A DNA stretch of 63,319 nucleotides, filler included, from Reclinomonas americana ATCC 50394 (lineage: Eukaryota), in NCBI GenBank assembly GCA_048213135.1. It is 3 parts of 2 records of this genome, joined end to end, with 100 filler letters (N's around TTAATTAATTAA, not from the genome) between each part and the next. Parts side by side here need not be neighbours in the genome. Positions count along the whole stretch, not along the records: positions 31,837 to 61,517 come from PS015197.1; 2 more parts are not named here. One strand, written 5' to 3'. How positions within the stretch are numbered: the first letter of the stretch is position 1; each line of letters opens with the position of its first letter. The translations under genes and the position numbers were made by a program. The notes under the pieces were generated by a model that saw only the letters and a list, made by a program, of their open reading frames with translations, did no database searches and was not told the origin of the DNA. Positions 39,638 through 53,300 of the stretch are shown here, in pieces.

Positions 39638-40639
39638 GATGCGGACGATACAAGTTGGCGGACACGCGCGTGGGACAGAAAGAATGGCCATGGCTGATCA
39701 GCGTGATATAGGGGGTACCGTCTGCTTCTGCATCATCTGCTGCAGTTCACTTGTCCCTCCCAGCACGTGCGTGGAAAGTTGTCTCGGACTTCGATTCCAT
39801 TTCTTTCTTGTCACTTACAAATCCCCGGAATTTCNNNNNNNNNNNNNNNNNNNNNNNNNNNNNNNNNNNNNNNNNNNNNNNNNNNNNNNNNNNNNNNNNN
39901 NNNNNNNNNNNNNNNNNNNNNNNNNNNNNNNNNNNNNNNNNNNNNNNNNNNNNNNNNNNNNNNNNNNNNNNNNNNNNNNNNNNNNNNNNNNNNNNNNNNN
40001 NNNNNNNNNNNNNNNNNNNNNNNNNNNNNNNNNNNNNNNNNNNNNNNNNNNNNNNNNNNNNNNNNNNNNNNNNNNNNNNNNNNNNNNNNNNNNNNNNNNN
40101 NNNNNNNNNNNNNNNNNNNNNNNNNNNNNNNNNNNNNNNNNNNNNNNNNNNNNNNNNNNNNNNNNNNNNNNNNNNNNNNNNNNNNNNNNNNNNNNNNNNN
40201 NNNNNNNNNNNNNNNNNNNNNNNNNNNNNNNNNNNNNNNNNNNNNNNNNNNNNNNNNNNNNNNNNNNNNNNNNNNNNNNNNNNNNNNNNNNNNNNNNNNN
40301 NNNNNNNNNNNNNNNNNNNNNNNNNNNNNNNNNNNNNNNNNNNNNNNNNNNNNNNNNNNNNNNNNNNNNNNNNNNNNNNNNNNNNNNNNNNNNNNNNNNN
40401 NNNNNNNNNNNNNNNNNNNNNNNNNNNNNNNNNNNNNNNNNNNNNNNNNNNNNNNNNNNNNNNNNNNNNNNNNNNNNNNNNNNNNNNNNNNNNNNNNNNN
40501 NNNNNNNNNNNNNNNNNNNNNNNNNNNNNNNNNNNNNNNNNNNNNNNNNNNNNNNNNNNNATAGGAGGAGAAGAGAGAGGGAGAGGTAGAAAGAAGAGGG
40601 AGAAGAAAAGAATGAAATAAGAGGGCGAGTATCCACTAA

Positions 40640-43600
40640 CCGCATCATTCCCGGACCGCCAAATCCAGGAGGTGGCGGCATGTCGGGGTAGAAGGGTGGT
40701 GGTGGCATATCTCGACGGCCTGCGAAGACAGCGCATGAGCCGCAGACATCAAACACGTCGCACTTTCAAAAATGTAGCCCACCTGGTAGTGACGGCGCCG
40801 GCAGCACACCACCAGCACCACTGGTACCGCCCGGCGGCATGCCCATGGAGGGCGGCGGTGGTCCGCCGTTGCCGCCCATGGACGCCGGTGGCATGAGAGG
40901 GTAGCCCATGCCGGGTGGGGGTGGTGGGTAACGCATGGGTGGTGGCTGCTGCTGTTGCTGTTGCTGCTGCTGTTGTTGTTGTCGCATGTTGTCGTTGGGG
41001 GCGGAGAGGTGCTCGCGGCGGAATTTTTCCGAGCGGAGCATCTTTTGCAGGGCGGCGTATTGCTTGAAGGTTTGTGAGTTGAAGCCGTAGTTGAAGAAGT
41101 CGGAGATGTCCACGCCTAGTAAGGGGAAGGTATGAGGCAAAGGGGGGGAAGGGAGAAGGGGGGATAAGGGGAGAGGAGAGAGAAGGAAAAGAGAAGGAAA
41201 AGAGAGAGAAGGAACAGATACACAAACGGAAAGAGAGAGAGAGAGAGATCAGAGGAGAATGACGCAAAGGGGGGAAATGGGGAAGGGAAGGGGGTGAAAG
41301 AAAATAGAGAGAGAGGAGAGAGAAGGAACACATACACAAACGGAAAGAGAGAGATGCAGAGAAGTAGAATGAGGCAAAGGGAGCGATGGAAAAGAGAGAG
41401 GAGAAAGGACGGAATGAAAGAAGGAACAGATACGCAAACAGAAAGAGAGCGAGATGTGGAGAAGTAGAATGAGGCAAATGGGGAAAGGCAAGGGAGCGAA
41501 GAAAAAGGTAGAAGAGAGAGAGAGGGAACAGATACACAAACACAGCAAGCGAGTGAGAGATGAAGAGAAAATGTGGAAGGGAAGGGGGTTGAAAGAAAAT
41601 AGAGAGGAGAGAGAGAGGGAACAGATACACACAAACACAGCAAGCGAGTGAGAGATGAATATAAGTAAAATGTGGAAGGGACGGGGGTGAAAGAAAATCG
41701 AGAGGAGAGAAGGAAAAGAGATAGAGAAGGAACATATACACAAACGGAAAGAGAGAGATGTAGAGAAGTAGAATGAGGCAAAGGAAGGAAGCGATATAAA
41801 AAGAGAGAGGAGAAAGGACGGAATGGAGAGAGAAGGAACCCCACAAACAGAAAGAGAGAGTGAGAGATGAAGAGAAGAAGAATGCGGCAAAGGGGGGAAA
41901 TAGGGAAGAGAAGGGGGTGAAAGAAATAGAGAGCGAAGAGACGACGATGAAAAAGTTGAATGGAGAGAGAATGAACCCACAACAGAAAGAGAGAGAGAGA
42001 GGTAGAAAAAGGAGGGGAAGAAAAACAACAACTGAAAGTTGGGAATNNNNNNNNNNNNNNNNNNNNNNNNNNNNNNNNNNNNNNNNNNNNNNNNNNNNNN
42101 NNNNNNNNNNNNNNNNNNNNNNNNNNNNNNNNNNNNNNNNNNNNNNNNNNNNNNNNNNNNNNNNNNNNNNNNNNNNNNNNNNNNNNNNNNNNNNNNNNNN
42201 NNNNNNNNNNNNNNNNNNNNNNNNNNNNNNNNNNNNNNNAGAGAGAGAGAGAGAGAGCGGAACCAAGACCCTCTGCAAAACGATCGAGAGACTGTATGAG
42301 AAGGATGAGAGCGAGGGAAACAAGACAAGGGAAAGCGCAGAGGAAAGCCCACAGTGGTAAATCAGAAAGAGAGAGAACGATTGTGCGAGAGATTGTATGA
42401 GAAGTGGAAAGAAAGCAAGAGGCGAGGAATACAATGGCGAGCACATGAAGGGATACCAGACTTCGCACGGAAAGTGTGTGTGAGAGAGAGGGAGAGACAG
42501 AGAGAGACCAGACAATGCATGCCAAGATAGAGAGAGAACATTTGTGCGATAGACAAGATGGAAAGGGAGAGAAGCAAGAGTCGAGCAATACAACGGAGAG
42601 CACACGGAGGGATACCAGATTCCGCACGGTGAGAGAGAGAGAAAGAGAAACCAGACACTGCATGAGAAGGAGAAAGAGAGCGAAGGAAACAATGCTTAGA
42701 ATAGAAACGAGACAGATTGTGTAAGAATGAGCAAGAAGCACGCGGAGCGGGAGTCGGGGAATGGGAGAGACCCTGACGAGCAGACAGCCCTCATGTAGAC
42801 TCGGCGCGCTATTGCACCCACAACAAACCTTTCATCACTCTCATACTCCTCCTCCCCGTCCGTTACTGCTTGTACACCACCAGCAAGCGGATCCCCCTCA
42901 TTATCATCGTCACCGATTGCATTCCCATCGCCAGCATCAGCACTCCCATCAGCCTTGCCAGCACTTCAGACAAGACAGTCAATGACCCGAAGGTTAGCAA
43001 TGCGTGGTGCGAGGATTGTGAGAGACCTGTGCTCGTCAAAGCCCATGGCAGCGTCCACAGCGGCAGTGGATCCAGCTGGGAAGGGAGACGGGGTGAGTGG
43101 AGAGAGACAAGTAAAGACAGTCGAAAGAGAGAAAGAAGGAGAGAGAGAGAGAGAGAAATGGAGAGAGAAAGAGCGAGAGAGAGATAGAAAGAGAGAGAGA
43201 GAGAGGGAGAGCGAGAGCGAGAGCGACACAATGAGATGGAGAGAGGGAAAGGGAGAGTCATGGAGAGAGAAACAGAGAGAGAGAGAGAAAGAGCGAGACT
43301 AAAGAGAAAGAGCGAGACAAAGAGAGAGAGAGAAAGAGAGAGTCATGGAGAGAGAAACAGAGAGACAAGAATGAGAGAGAAAGAGAGAACGAGAGAAGAA
43401 AGAGAACCAAAGACAATCAAGCGTAAGGAGCAGCGAAAGAGAATGACTGGAGCGCGCACGAAAGGAACTTCCGTGCTTGCAGTGATCGCGCAAACACTGC
43501 CAATCTGTGCGTGGGAGTGAAACAACGACTATCGAGCTTCATCAAAGATGCATTCTCTCTCTCTCTCTGCGAGTGTGCGTGTGCGTGAGAGAGCAAGAGA

Positions 43601-43683
43601 GAGTCAAACGAAATGCAAGTCGAGTGCGCGCGCGTGTGAGACAGTGTGTGCAAGGAAATGCAAGTGATGTTGTAACCAAAACC

Positions 43684-43754
<71 letters not shown>

Positions 43755-44538
43755 CTACTACNNNNNNNNNNNNNNNNNNNNNNNNNNNNNNNNNNNNNNN
43801 NNNNNNNNNNNNNNNNNNNNNNNNNNNNNNNNNNNNNNNNNNNNNNNNNNNNNNNNNNNNNNNNNNNNNNNNNNNNNNNNNNNNNNNNNNNNNNNNNNNN
43901 NNNNNNNNNNNNNNNNNNNNNNNNNNNNNNNNNNNNNNNNNNNNNNNNNNNNNNNNNNNNNNNNNNNNNNNNNNNNNNNNNNNNNNNNNNNNNNNNNNNN
44001 NNNNNNNNNNNNNNNNNNNNNNNNNNNNNNNNNNNNNNNNNNNNNNNNNNNNNNNNNNNNNNNNNNNNNNNNNNNNNNNNNNNNNNNNNNNNNNNNNNNN
44101 NNNNNNNNNNNNNNNNNNNNNNNNNNNNNNNNNNNNNNNNNNNNNNNNNNNNNNNNNNNNNNNNNNNNNNNNNNNNNNNNNNNNNNNNNNNNNNNNNNNN
44201 NNNNNNNNNNNNNNNNNNNNNNNNNNNNNNNNNNNNNNNNNNNNNNNNNNNNNNNNNNNNNNNNNNNNNNNNNNNNNNNNNNNNNNNNNNNNNNNNNNNN
44301 NNNNNNNNNNNNNNNNNNNNNNNNNNNNNNNNNNNNNNNNNNNNNNNNNNNNNNNNNNNNNNNNNNNNNNNNNNNNNNNNNNNNNNNNNNNNNNNNNNNN
44401 NNNNNNNNNNNNNNNNNNNNNNNNNNNNNNNNNNNNNNNNNNNNNNNAATATTTCACCCCATTTTTTTCGTTTTCTGCGTTGCGCGCGCGCGTACCAGAG
44501 CCAAAGAGCGCGGCGTAATCGTCGTCATCGTCGGCCAT
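40640..44538 (-). CDS. FIP1: Pre-mRNA 3'-end processing factor Fip1 (3' end in gap)
   Basis: Acidic N-terminus MADDDDDYAALFG and acidic exons at 42830-43076. Fip1 motif GVDISDFFNYGFNSQTFKQY, followed by a Pro/Gly/Gln-rich tail. Confidence 0.85.
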
Positions 44539-44910
44539 TTGGCGCTCGCTCACTTGCACAAAAAAGAATACGTAGGACAGATGCGCGTCCTGTGCGTGTC
44601 CTGTGCGCGCGCAACTCAAATTTGTTTTTTGTGTGTCGCGATGGTGAGCGCGCGCAGAGAAAGAGAGAGAGAGAGGAAAAGAGAGAGGAAAGGGGGGAAA
44701 TTGCGCTGTGGGTGAAAGAAGAGAAAGAGAGTAGTGAAATTGAGTTGTTTTTTTCTCTCGCAGACAGGTGTTCACTGTGAGAGTGAGTGTGTGTGTGTGT
44801 GCGTGAGACAGAGAGGCAGAGACAGAGGGAATGCGTGCTGTGCCTGCGAGAAGAAGAAAAGCGCGCACAATTTTGAGTTGTTTTTCTGTCACTGACTGTT
44901 ACTCATTGTG

Positions 44911-44971
<61 letters not shown>

Positions 44972-45012
44972 AGAGAGAGAGAGAGAGACGAGNNNNNNNN
45001 NNNNNNNNNNNN

Positions 45013-45800
45013 AAAGGGCGATGTGAGACAAGGGCGGGGAAGCAGAATGGGAAGACTTGGATGTCATAGTTGGAAGGGAGCGAGAGGATGCGCCTACTCT
45101 TTCTCTTGCCCTTTGTTCTCTACCCGTGTCGTGGAAGGAGAGAGGAAGGGGTGGGCGAAGAGGAGAAGACAAGGGCGGGGAAGAAGAATGGGAAGACTTG
45201 GATGTCCGGGAGGGCGAGGATGCGCTCTCTCTTTCTCTTGTCCTTTGGTCTCTTATCCTAGTGGTGGGCGAAGACAAGGAAAGGGGCGTAATAGAATGGG
45301 AAGACATGGATGTCATAGTTGGGGGAGCGAGAGGATGCGCCTTCTCGTTCCGTTGTCTTTGTTCTCTACCCGTGTCTTGAAGGGAGGGAGAAGAGGAGGG
45401 CGATCTGAGACAAGGGAGGGCAGAATGCGCTCTCGCTTTCTCTTGTCCTTTGGTCTCTACTCTTGTCGGGGAAGAAGAGAGGAAGGGGTGGGCATGTCAT
45501 TGTTTCAAGGGAGCGAGAGGTTGCGCCTTCTCCCGTCTCGTGGGCAGAGGGAGAAGAGGAGGGCGATCTGAGACAAGGGAAGGCGAGGATTCGTGCTCTC
45601 TTCCTCTTGTCTTTTGTTCTCTACTCATGTCGTGGAAGGAGGGAGGAAGGGGTGGGTCTCTTGTCCTTTGTTCTCTACCCGTGTCGTGGAAGGAGAGAGG
45701 AAGGGGTGGGTGGGTGAAGAGGATGGCGAACGAAGACAAGGGAGGGCGAGAATGCGCCTTCTCTTTTTCTTGTCCTTTGGTCTCTTACCCTTGTCGGGGA
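45013..45800. repeat. Degenerate minisatellite (~120-140 bp units), probably intronic in the AP-1 sigma gene
   Basis: Recurring GACAAGGG..GAATGGGAAGAC..TCTTGTCCTTTG..CTACCCGTGTCGTGGAAGG blocks. Confidence 0.75.
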
Positions 45801-46158
45801 AGGGGAGGGCGTGTGCGTGTATGTGTGTGTGAGAGAGAGAGAGACGCACGAGCTATTGTCTCTCTTCGGCGACCTTATGCACTCCCTTCTGTCTGTTCTC
45901 TGGTGTTCCCTCCTCCTCCGTTTCTTCTGCGTTTTGCTTTCTCTCTGCGAGAGAGAGAGACCCACGAGCTATTTACTCTCTGCGGCGATATTGTGCACTC
46001 CCTCCTCTCTTTTATCTGGTGCCCTCTTTTCTTCGTATCCTTTGTGTGCTACATTATCTGCCAAACCTGCAGTGAATTTCTCTCTTTCTCATTCTAATAT
46101 CCCTTTCCCTTGCCCCCTCACCCCCCTTCTCCCCTTATTCCCCATCCCCATCCCACAG

Positions 46159-46502
46159 CTACGCCAGCCTCTTCTTCATCTTCTGCGTCGACAAGAGCGA
46201 CAACGAGCTGGTGTCGCTGGAGCTGATCCACCACCTCGTCGAGGTACTAGACCGGTACTTTGGCAACGTGTGCGAGCTCGACCTCATCTTCAACTTCCAC
46301 AAGGCGTACTACATTATCGATGAAGTTGCGGGGGCGTGGAAGGAGGGTGTGGGGGAAGGTATCTTTGGCCTTTGCTCATTTGCGACCGCAGATGTTCCTC
46401 GCCGGCGAAGTACAAGAGAGCTCCAAGAAGAGCATTCTGCGTGCCGTTGCCGCGCAAGATCAACTGATGGACAGCTTCTCCGACCCGAAGACCGAGACGT
46501 GA
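46159..46502 (+). CDS. AP1S: Adaptor complex AP-1 sigma subunit, last two exons (5' exons not visible)
   Basis: [64 protein letters not shown]. Intron 46325-46391. Confidence 0.9.
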
Positions 46503-47352
46503 TGGGAGTGGTGGGAGAGGAAAAAATGTCCGCCAGGGTGGCACGGATGCGGAGGTGTTGAATGTACCGATCCGTAGTCAAAGGAGGCTAAAGGTGAATG
46601 GAAAGGTCTCCCTTACGTGGTGAGTGGATTGAAAGGAGGAGAGGGCATGACCAACACAAGAAGAGATGACAACAGCAACAACAACAACAACTTTACTAAT
46701 CCAAACAGCAAGACAGCAGCATGAGGATCACCATCTTGAGTGAGCACCAGAAACTCAGACATCACGAAAAAAAGCAAGAGCAGACAAGCAAATCGCGAAG
46801 AAGGCTGAAAGGAAAGCACAACGTTCCCAGAGAAATTAGAGAAGAAAGGAAGGCGACCCTGATCATGACAAGAAGAGAAGAAAAGAAAGAGAGTGAAAGA
46901 CGTCCGCTGCGCATGCGCTTGCGCGCGCCGCTGCGCCTAATTGCAAAAAGAAAAAAAGAGTAATATTAATGGAAATGCATCAAGGTGATGCTACCATGAT
47001 GTTCTCTTGTACTCTGTGTGCAGTTGTTGTCCATCATCATCTCAACACCGCCTTTCGTAATCCATTTTCTCCCGGAGAGGTCCTGAAAACAAAGAGACAT
47101 GCATTGCGCATGCTGGTCATGGAGAACAATCGCAGTTCATGATACCCAAGGATGCCCAGTTCTTGGACATCCCTCTCCTCTCTCCTTCTTTCCCTCTCAC
47201 CACACTCCTCCTCCAGGCCCTCCTCACATCACGACTTGTCACCTTTTCATCTTGCTGTTCGGATCAACGAACCTTCATTCTCTTGACTCTCTTCGTTTCT
47301 TGCATCACGCAGTGCGCGCGTGTGTGCGAAACAACAGCAAAGACACACACAA

Positions 47353-50300
47353 ATGGCCTCTCATCCTCCTCCCCCTCCACCGCGCCCTCAATCAACAACA
47401 ACAACAACTACTCCTTCACTGCCAATGTCTGCCTCTTCTCCGTGCGACGACGAGAAAGCAGACATGATGCTCATCGACAGCAAGCAGCATGTGACGACGA
47501 TGATGATGCATTCCTCCTCTCCCTTCATCAACAGCAACGGCAACGATGATGATGAGAAGAAGAAGAAGAAGAGCGCATCGGGGTCGTCTGCTCATCGTGG
47601 TGTGCCTGCGATGGCGAGGCGACGAGTGCCTTTCTCCTCGTCCTCTTCCACGTCTGTCACCACCACCAGTGTCACTGCCAAGAAAGGTNNNNNNNNNNNN
47701 NNNNNNNNNNNNNNNNNNNNNNNNNNNNNNNNNNNNNNNNNNNNNNNNNNNNNNNNNNNTGCGTCTCTCTCTTGCTGTCTTTGGTATTCTCGCATCAAGT
47801 GTTGTCTCACCTGAGCAGTGCATGCACACAGCTGCTGACCAGGTGCACATGGAACACACAGCGATGGAAGGCATCGTCGAGGTACAGTGATTGTGTGTGT
47901 CATCCCAAGATGAGCATGTCTCTCACTGAATTCTCTCTGTCTCTCTCTTTCCATGTTTGCACAGCAACGTGCGAGGAGGCCGCGAGTTGACTCGTCTCTG
48001 GTGGATCACAGTGAGGACCTGCCTGCACGTGACTCAGAAGAGACATCGCCCCGCAAGCGATCTCTGGAGGTGAGCTCTGATGCGGCATGCGTCTCACTTT
48101 GCCTCTCGCTCGTGCATCACAGTCGAGACACATGATGTTTTCTCTTCACTTCTCCACAGGTGGATGCATCCAGCGATGAAGAGCTTGCACCGCCGAAGAA
48201 AAAGAAGAAGGTGTGGATTCTCTGACATTGACATTGTTGTGCTTGTTCATCGATCTGCACATGGGTTCCATGTGTCAATGATGCTTGTTGTGGATTCACA
48301 GCGTGCGAGGAATCGAGTTGCGAAAGAGCCAGAGGAGTTGAGCGCAGACGAGCAGCTGCTACTGAACAAGCTGCTTGTTGCGTGTGCATGCTCCATCTGT
48401 CATCATTGCAACCCAGCTCTCTCCTCCTTCTCCTTGTTGCACTCACCATTCTATCTGTGCCACTCGCAGCGATCCGATCGGAAGAGGATCCTGGTGAAGG
48501 CATTCGGCCTGATGGCACCGATCGTCCAAGGGTCTACGGTCGTCCACCACCAGAGTGCTCTCTTTGAGATTGCCTGTGATGAGTGCAGGATTCCGTCGTC
48601 GGAGCGGGGTCGCACGTCGTCTGCAGTCAAGTGTGCATTTGGCAAGAAACTTGGCGTGAGTGCCAGTGATTCACGCAGCAAAACGCCCAAGTCAATGGAG
48701 GGTGTGCTCCAGTGCGTGAGCAACTTCATCGAGGTGAGCGAACATACGTGGTGACGACCGTGGCATGTGAACCAATATGTAGACGATTGCACTGTGCAGA
48801 TGAGCCAGCTCAGTGGCGAGGCTCTGGCGGATGCTGTTGAGAGACCGCTGATCGTTGTCGATGAGCGAGGGTATTCGGAGGTGCATTGTTTGCATGATCT
48901 TCAGTGGCTGTTGTGATTATGTCGACTGACTTTCGTTCACTCGGCTTGCTTGTTACAGGAATCTTGGAAGAGACTGCCTCCTCATCAAAACCCCAGGAAA
49001 GACCAGCTTCAGCCGTTTGTCAAGCAGGTCATGGATGCATTGCTCGAGTCTGAAGGTCTCATAACTGCTCTGCTTCGAGACTGCCACCTCTCTGAGGTTG
49101 AGATTTCACGCGCCGTCAAGTGGTGCCAATCGAAAGGTCTGCATTCGCGTGCGGCTGTTGGCGTTGCTCTTGCATTGGTGTTTATCGGCAGCACGCAGAA
49201 TACGGGGATGTGAAGATGGTGGTGAAGAAGGCGGAGGAAAATGACGGAGAGGACGATGACATCAAGGTATGCAGCAATAGTGTACGAGCAACAAAAGCTG
49301 CGGGCGAGCAAGTCTTCGTGGAGTTGGTCGACCATTAATATCTTGTGCGTTCATAGGCGGATGCAGGCCGTGACGATGACGGAGAAAGAAAGCCGAGCAA
49401 GGTACGACGATGCCAAGTGTCTGTGCATAGTTGGTGAGGCAGGTGTTCATTGTGTGTTGTTTGGGCTGTGCATTTGCAGCGCGACAAGCGTGGTCGTCGT
49501 GTATTCGATGCTATCATGACCAGGGACGAGCAGATGGTGCTGGACAGACTGCATGTTGCGTGTGCGTGTCCAATGCACCTCAGCAAGGCGGATTGATTGA
49601 CTCTTCCATGTCATAACACCTGGCGCGCGTGTGTGTGTGAATAGCGATGCAACAGGAAGAAGATTCTGGTGACGGCATTCGGCATCATGGCTCCTATTGT
49701 GAAGCAATCCGCAGTCTGGCATCATCAGCGCGGTCTTTTTGAACTCGCCTGCACGGAGTGTGGCATTCCTTCGTCAGGAGCTGGCTCTCCGTCGTCCTCA
49801 GTCATGGACTCATTCGGCAAGAGTCTTGGTAGTGTCGTCCACTATTCACGCCAAGAGACGCGTAAGTCAGTTGAAGGAGTGCTCCAGAGCATGAGCACCT
49901 TCATCAAGGTGAGCATCTGCCTCTGCTGCCCATCACGCGCGGCTAGAAAGTGAGCCAATATCGATGCATGTGCAACTCTGCAGAAGAGTGAACTGCGCGG
50001 TGCTGCTCTGGTGGATGCCATTGAGAGACCATTGATTGTGGTGGATGAACGTGGCCATTCTGAGGTGCATTGACTGTCCTTTGTGCGCTCTGTGCATATC
50101 CTGGTGTGTGTCGACTCATGTGCTTCTTCCACAACGTCGGTTGTGCTGCAGGAATCATGGGCGATGATGGAGAAGAGACATAGACGGAACATGGGTGACC
50201 GTCTCCTGCCGCTCGTCGCCCGAGCCGCGCAGGCCCTTCGCGAGTGTCCTGGCTTTCAGGCGTCGCTGATTCGAGACGGCTGCCTCTCCGAGGCGGAGAT

Positions 50301-53300
50301 CGCACGGGCCGTCGAGTGGTGCAGTGAGAGAGGTTTGATGGTATAGGGTGCGTTCTACTGTGTGCATTGTGTTAGGACTGACGAGCAAGATGCAGCTCTA
50401 CTGGAGGCGACGGTGCTGAAGAAAGAAGAGATGAAGGAGGAGGAGAAGGAGGATGGGTCGAGGGTCGACTGGGAAGACGATGAAGACGACGACATGGATG
50501 AGGCTGACAGGAGGAGGAAGGTATGACCATGGATGATTGGACAGGTGCACGTTGTGGCAACATCTCATCTGTACATGCACAGCGACGAGGGAGTGGTTCT
50601 GTGACGCTGAGCCACGGCGGACAACTGGTGCTGGCAAGGCTGCTTGTTGCGTGTGTATCGCAATCTTGTCATTCTTTGGTAATCGTCTGGCTGATTGAGT
50701 GTTCATCAATTCACTCATATGTTGCATGCGAGAGCAGTGCTGCAACAAGATGAAGTTACTGGTGACGGCGTTTGGCATCATGGCTCCGATGGTTATGGGA
50801 TCCACAGTCCGCCATCATCAGCGCGTTCTTGTCGAACTCGCCTGCAAGGAGTGCGACATTTCTTCATCAAAAGCAGACTGTCTTTTGTCGGAAGTCGTGA
50901 GCTCGTTCGGCAGTAGCCTTGGCGACTTCGTCAGGACAGCACGCAGCAAGACGCCCAAGTCGGTTGAGGGAGTTCTCCAGAGCATGAGCAACTTTATCGA
51001 AGTGAGCATCGTCCATCTCGCACGACTGATTCAATGATCAGCGCTAACATATGTGCCACTATGCAGAAGAGCGAACTGCGCGGTGCTGCCCTGGTGGATG
51101 CCATTGAGAGACCACTGATTGCGGTGGATGAACGTGGTCATTCGGAGGTGTGGTTGCCTTTCACTCTGTGTACGATATTCGTGATCGCTGGTGGTTTCTC
51201 ATTCTTTGTTTTCCGGAATTCTTATGTTAGGAGTCGTCAAAATTGCCGGGACTGCAGCGCTATAAGCAGAGTCCTCTTCTGTTGTTCTTGACACGGGCTG
51301 TGGATGCTCTCCACAACTGTCCTGGCCTGCTGACCACTCTACTTCGAGGCGGTTCTCTTTCCGAGGTGGCGATTGCACGGGCCGCAGAGTGGTGCAGAGG
51401 AAGAGGTTTGGCTATGTGACGGTTGATAGATAGATGCAGTATGTACAAGCGCTGACAATTAGGCACAGTTCTGAGAGAGATGGAGAATGTGAAGGAGGAG
51501 AAGATGGAGGATGAGCAGGATGAGGATTTCATCGAGAAAGAGCGCGACGACGAGAAGCGAAGTGGGAAAAGCAAGGTACATCATTCAGTAAGCTGCAGGA
51601 TGCTTGAGCATCCCAAATTACTGGACTTTCGTTCCACAGCGGAGCAGGGTTGGTCATTTGAAGCTGAGTGTCAATGAGCAACTGACGCTGGCGAAACTGC
51701 TTGTTGCGTGTTGTCACACGTCTCCAATTGCAAATATGTTATCAAGAAATCCTCACTTGAATCTGCTCATCGCATATGTGAACAGGGCGGCAACAGGAAG
51801 AGGATGCTGGTGAAGGCATTCGGTCTCATGGCACCCCTGGCCATGCCGTCCACAGTCCTCCACCACCAGCGCCTTCTCTTGCAGCTTGCCTGTGGCGAAT
51901 GCGGAATACCCTCGAAGGGACCTGGCAGCCCGTCATCCGTTATCATGCCTGCATTCGGCAAGAGTCTTGCCAAGAGTGCCGGCGCGGCACGCTGCAAGAC
52001 GCCCAAGTCAGTGGAGGGTGTGCTTGAGAGCGTGAGCAACTTCATCGAGGTACGTGTCCCTGTGTTGACATTCAACAGTGACGTGCCTGTCAGCTGACCT
52101 GCCTTCCATTGTGTGCATGTGGAATCTTCAGAAAAGCGGTCTTCGAGGAGTCGAGCTGGTAGATGCTGTCGAGCGACCGCTGATTGTAATTGACGAACGC
52201 GGTTACTCGGAGGCATGTGGACTTGTGATTGTGTGCATTGATGTGCATCAATGATGTTGTCTCACTTTCTCGATTCTCGGGTGGCAGGAATTAGCCAAGT
52301 TGACGCAGATAAGCAGCAGGCAAGATCCTCTCCTGCCATTCGTCACTCAAGCCATGCAGGCTCTTCGCAACTTCCCTGACCTGCTTACCACTCTGCTTCG
52401 AGACGGTTGCGTCTCTGAGGAAGATATGGAGCGTGCCGCCGAGTGGTGCAGTGAACGAGGTTCGACTGCGTGCCATTCTTTGCTGCGCAGTGTGTCCGTG
52501 TTCTGACAAGCAAGGGACAGCTCTGAGGGAGATGGAGATGGTGAAGAAAGAGGAGAAGAGAGAGGAGGACGAGCAGGCGGATGATGATGACGGCAGCGAG
52601 AATGAGGACGACGACGGGAAGGGAAGCAGGAGACACAAGGTACGCCCGTCACTGCCTTCTATGAGACGTGAATGATGTGTGCATTTCACAACTGTATGGC
52701 TCTCAACCACAGCGCCACAAGAGTGGCCCTGCGAAGTTGAGCGTCAACGAGCAACTGATGCTCCTGAGACTACATGTTGCGTGTTGCCGTTGCCTCGCTG
52801 CTCGGCTCCTCGCTTCCACTCTCCCAACAAACATGCGAACAGGCATGCGACAGGAAGATGGTGCTGGTGAAGGCATTTGGCCTCATGGCACCTGTAGTCA
52901 TGGCATCCACAGTCCGCCATCATCAGCGCCTTCTCTTCCAGCTTGCCTGTGACGAATGTGGCATGCCGTCAGTGGGACCAGGCAGCCCTTCATTCGCAGT
53001 CAAATCTGCATTTGGCAAGAGTCTTGCCGATAGTGCCGGCACGACACGCAAAAGGACTCCAAAGTCAATTGAGGGTGTGCTGGCGAGCATGAGCCACTTC
53101 ATCGAGGTGAGTGTCAGTATGCTATTTCCGTGTTTCGTCTGATCGTGACGAACTGATGACTGACTTGAGTTCAATATATGCGGGATCATCAGAAGAGTGG
53201 CCTTCGAGGAGCTGCGCTGCTGGATGCTGTCGAGAGACCACTGATTGTGATTGACGAACATGGCTACTCCGAGGCATGTGCACAGCTGTTTGTGCTCTTG

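Noticed and set aside
40749-43520. Long S/L/F-rich or ER-rich ORFs in the ORF track (also 20775-22004, 60018-61565, and ORFs spanning N gaps)
   Set aside because: They are by-products of (GA/TC)n low-complexity introns and unresolved bases, not genes.
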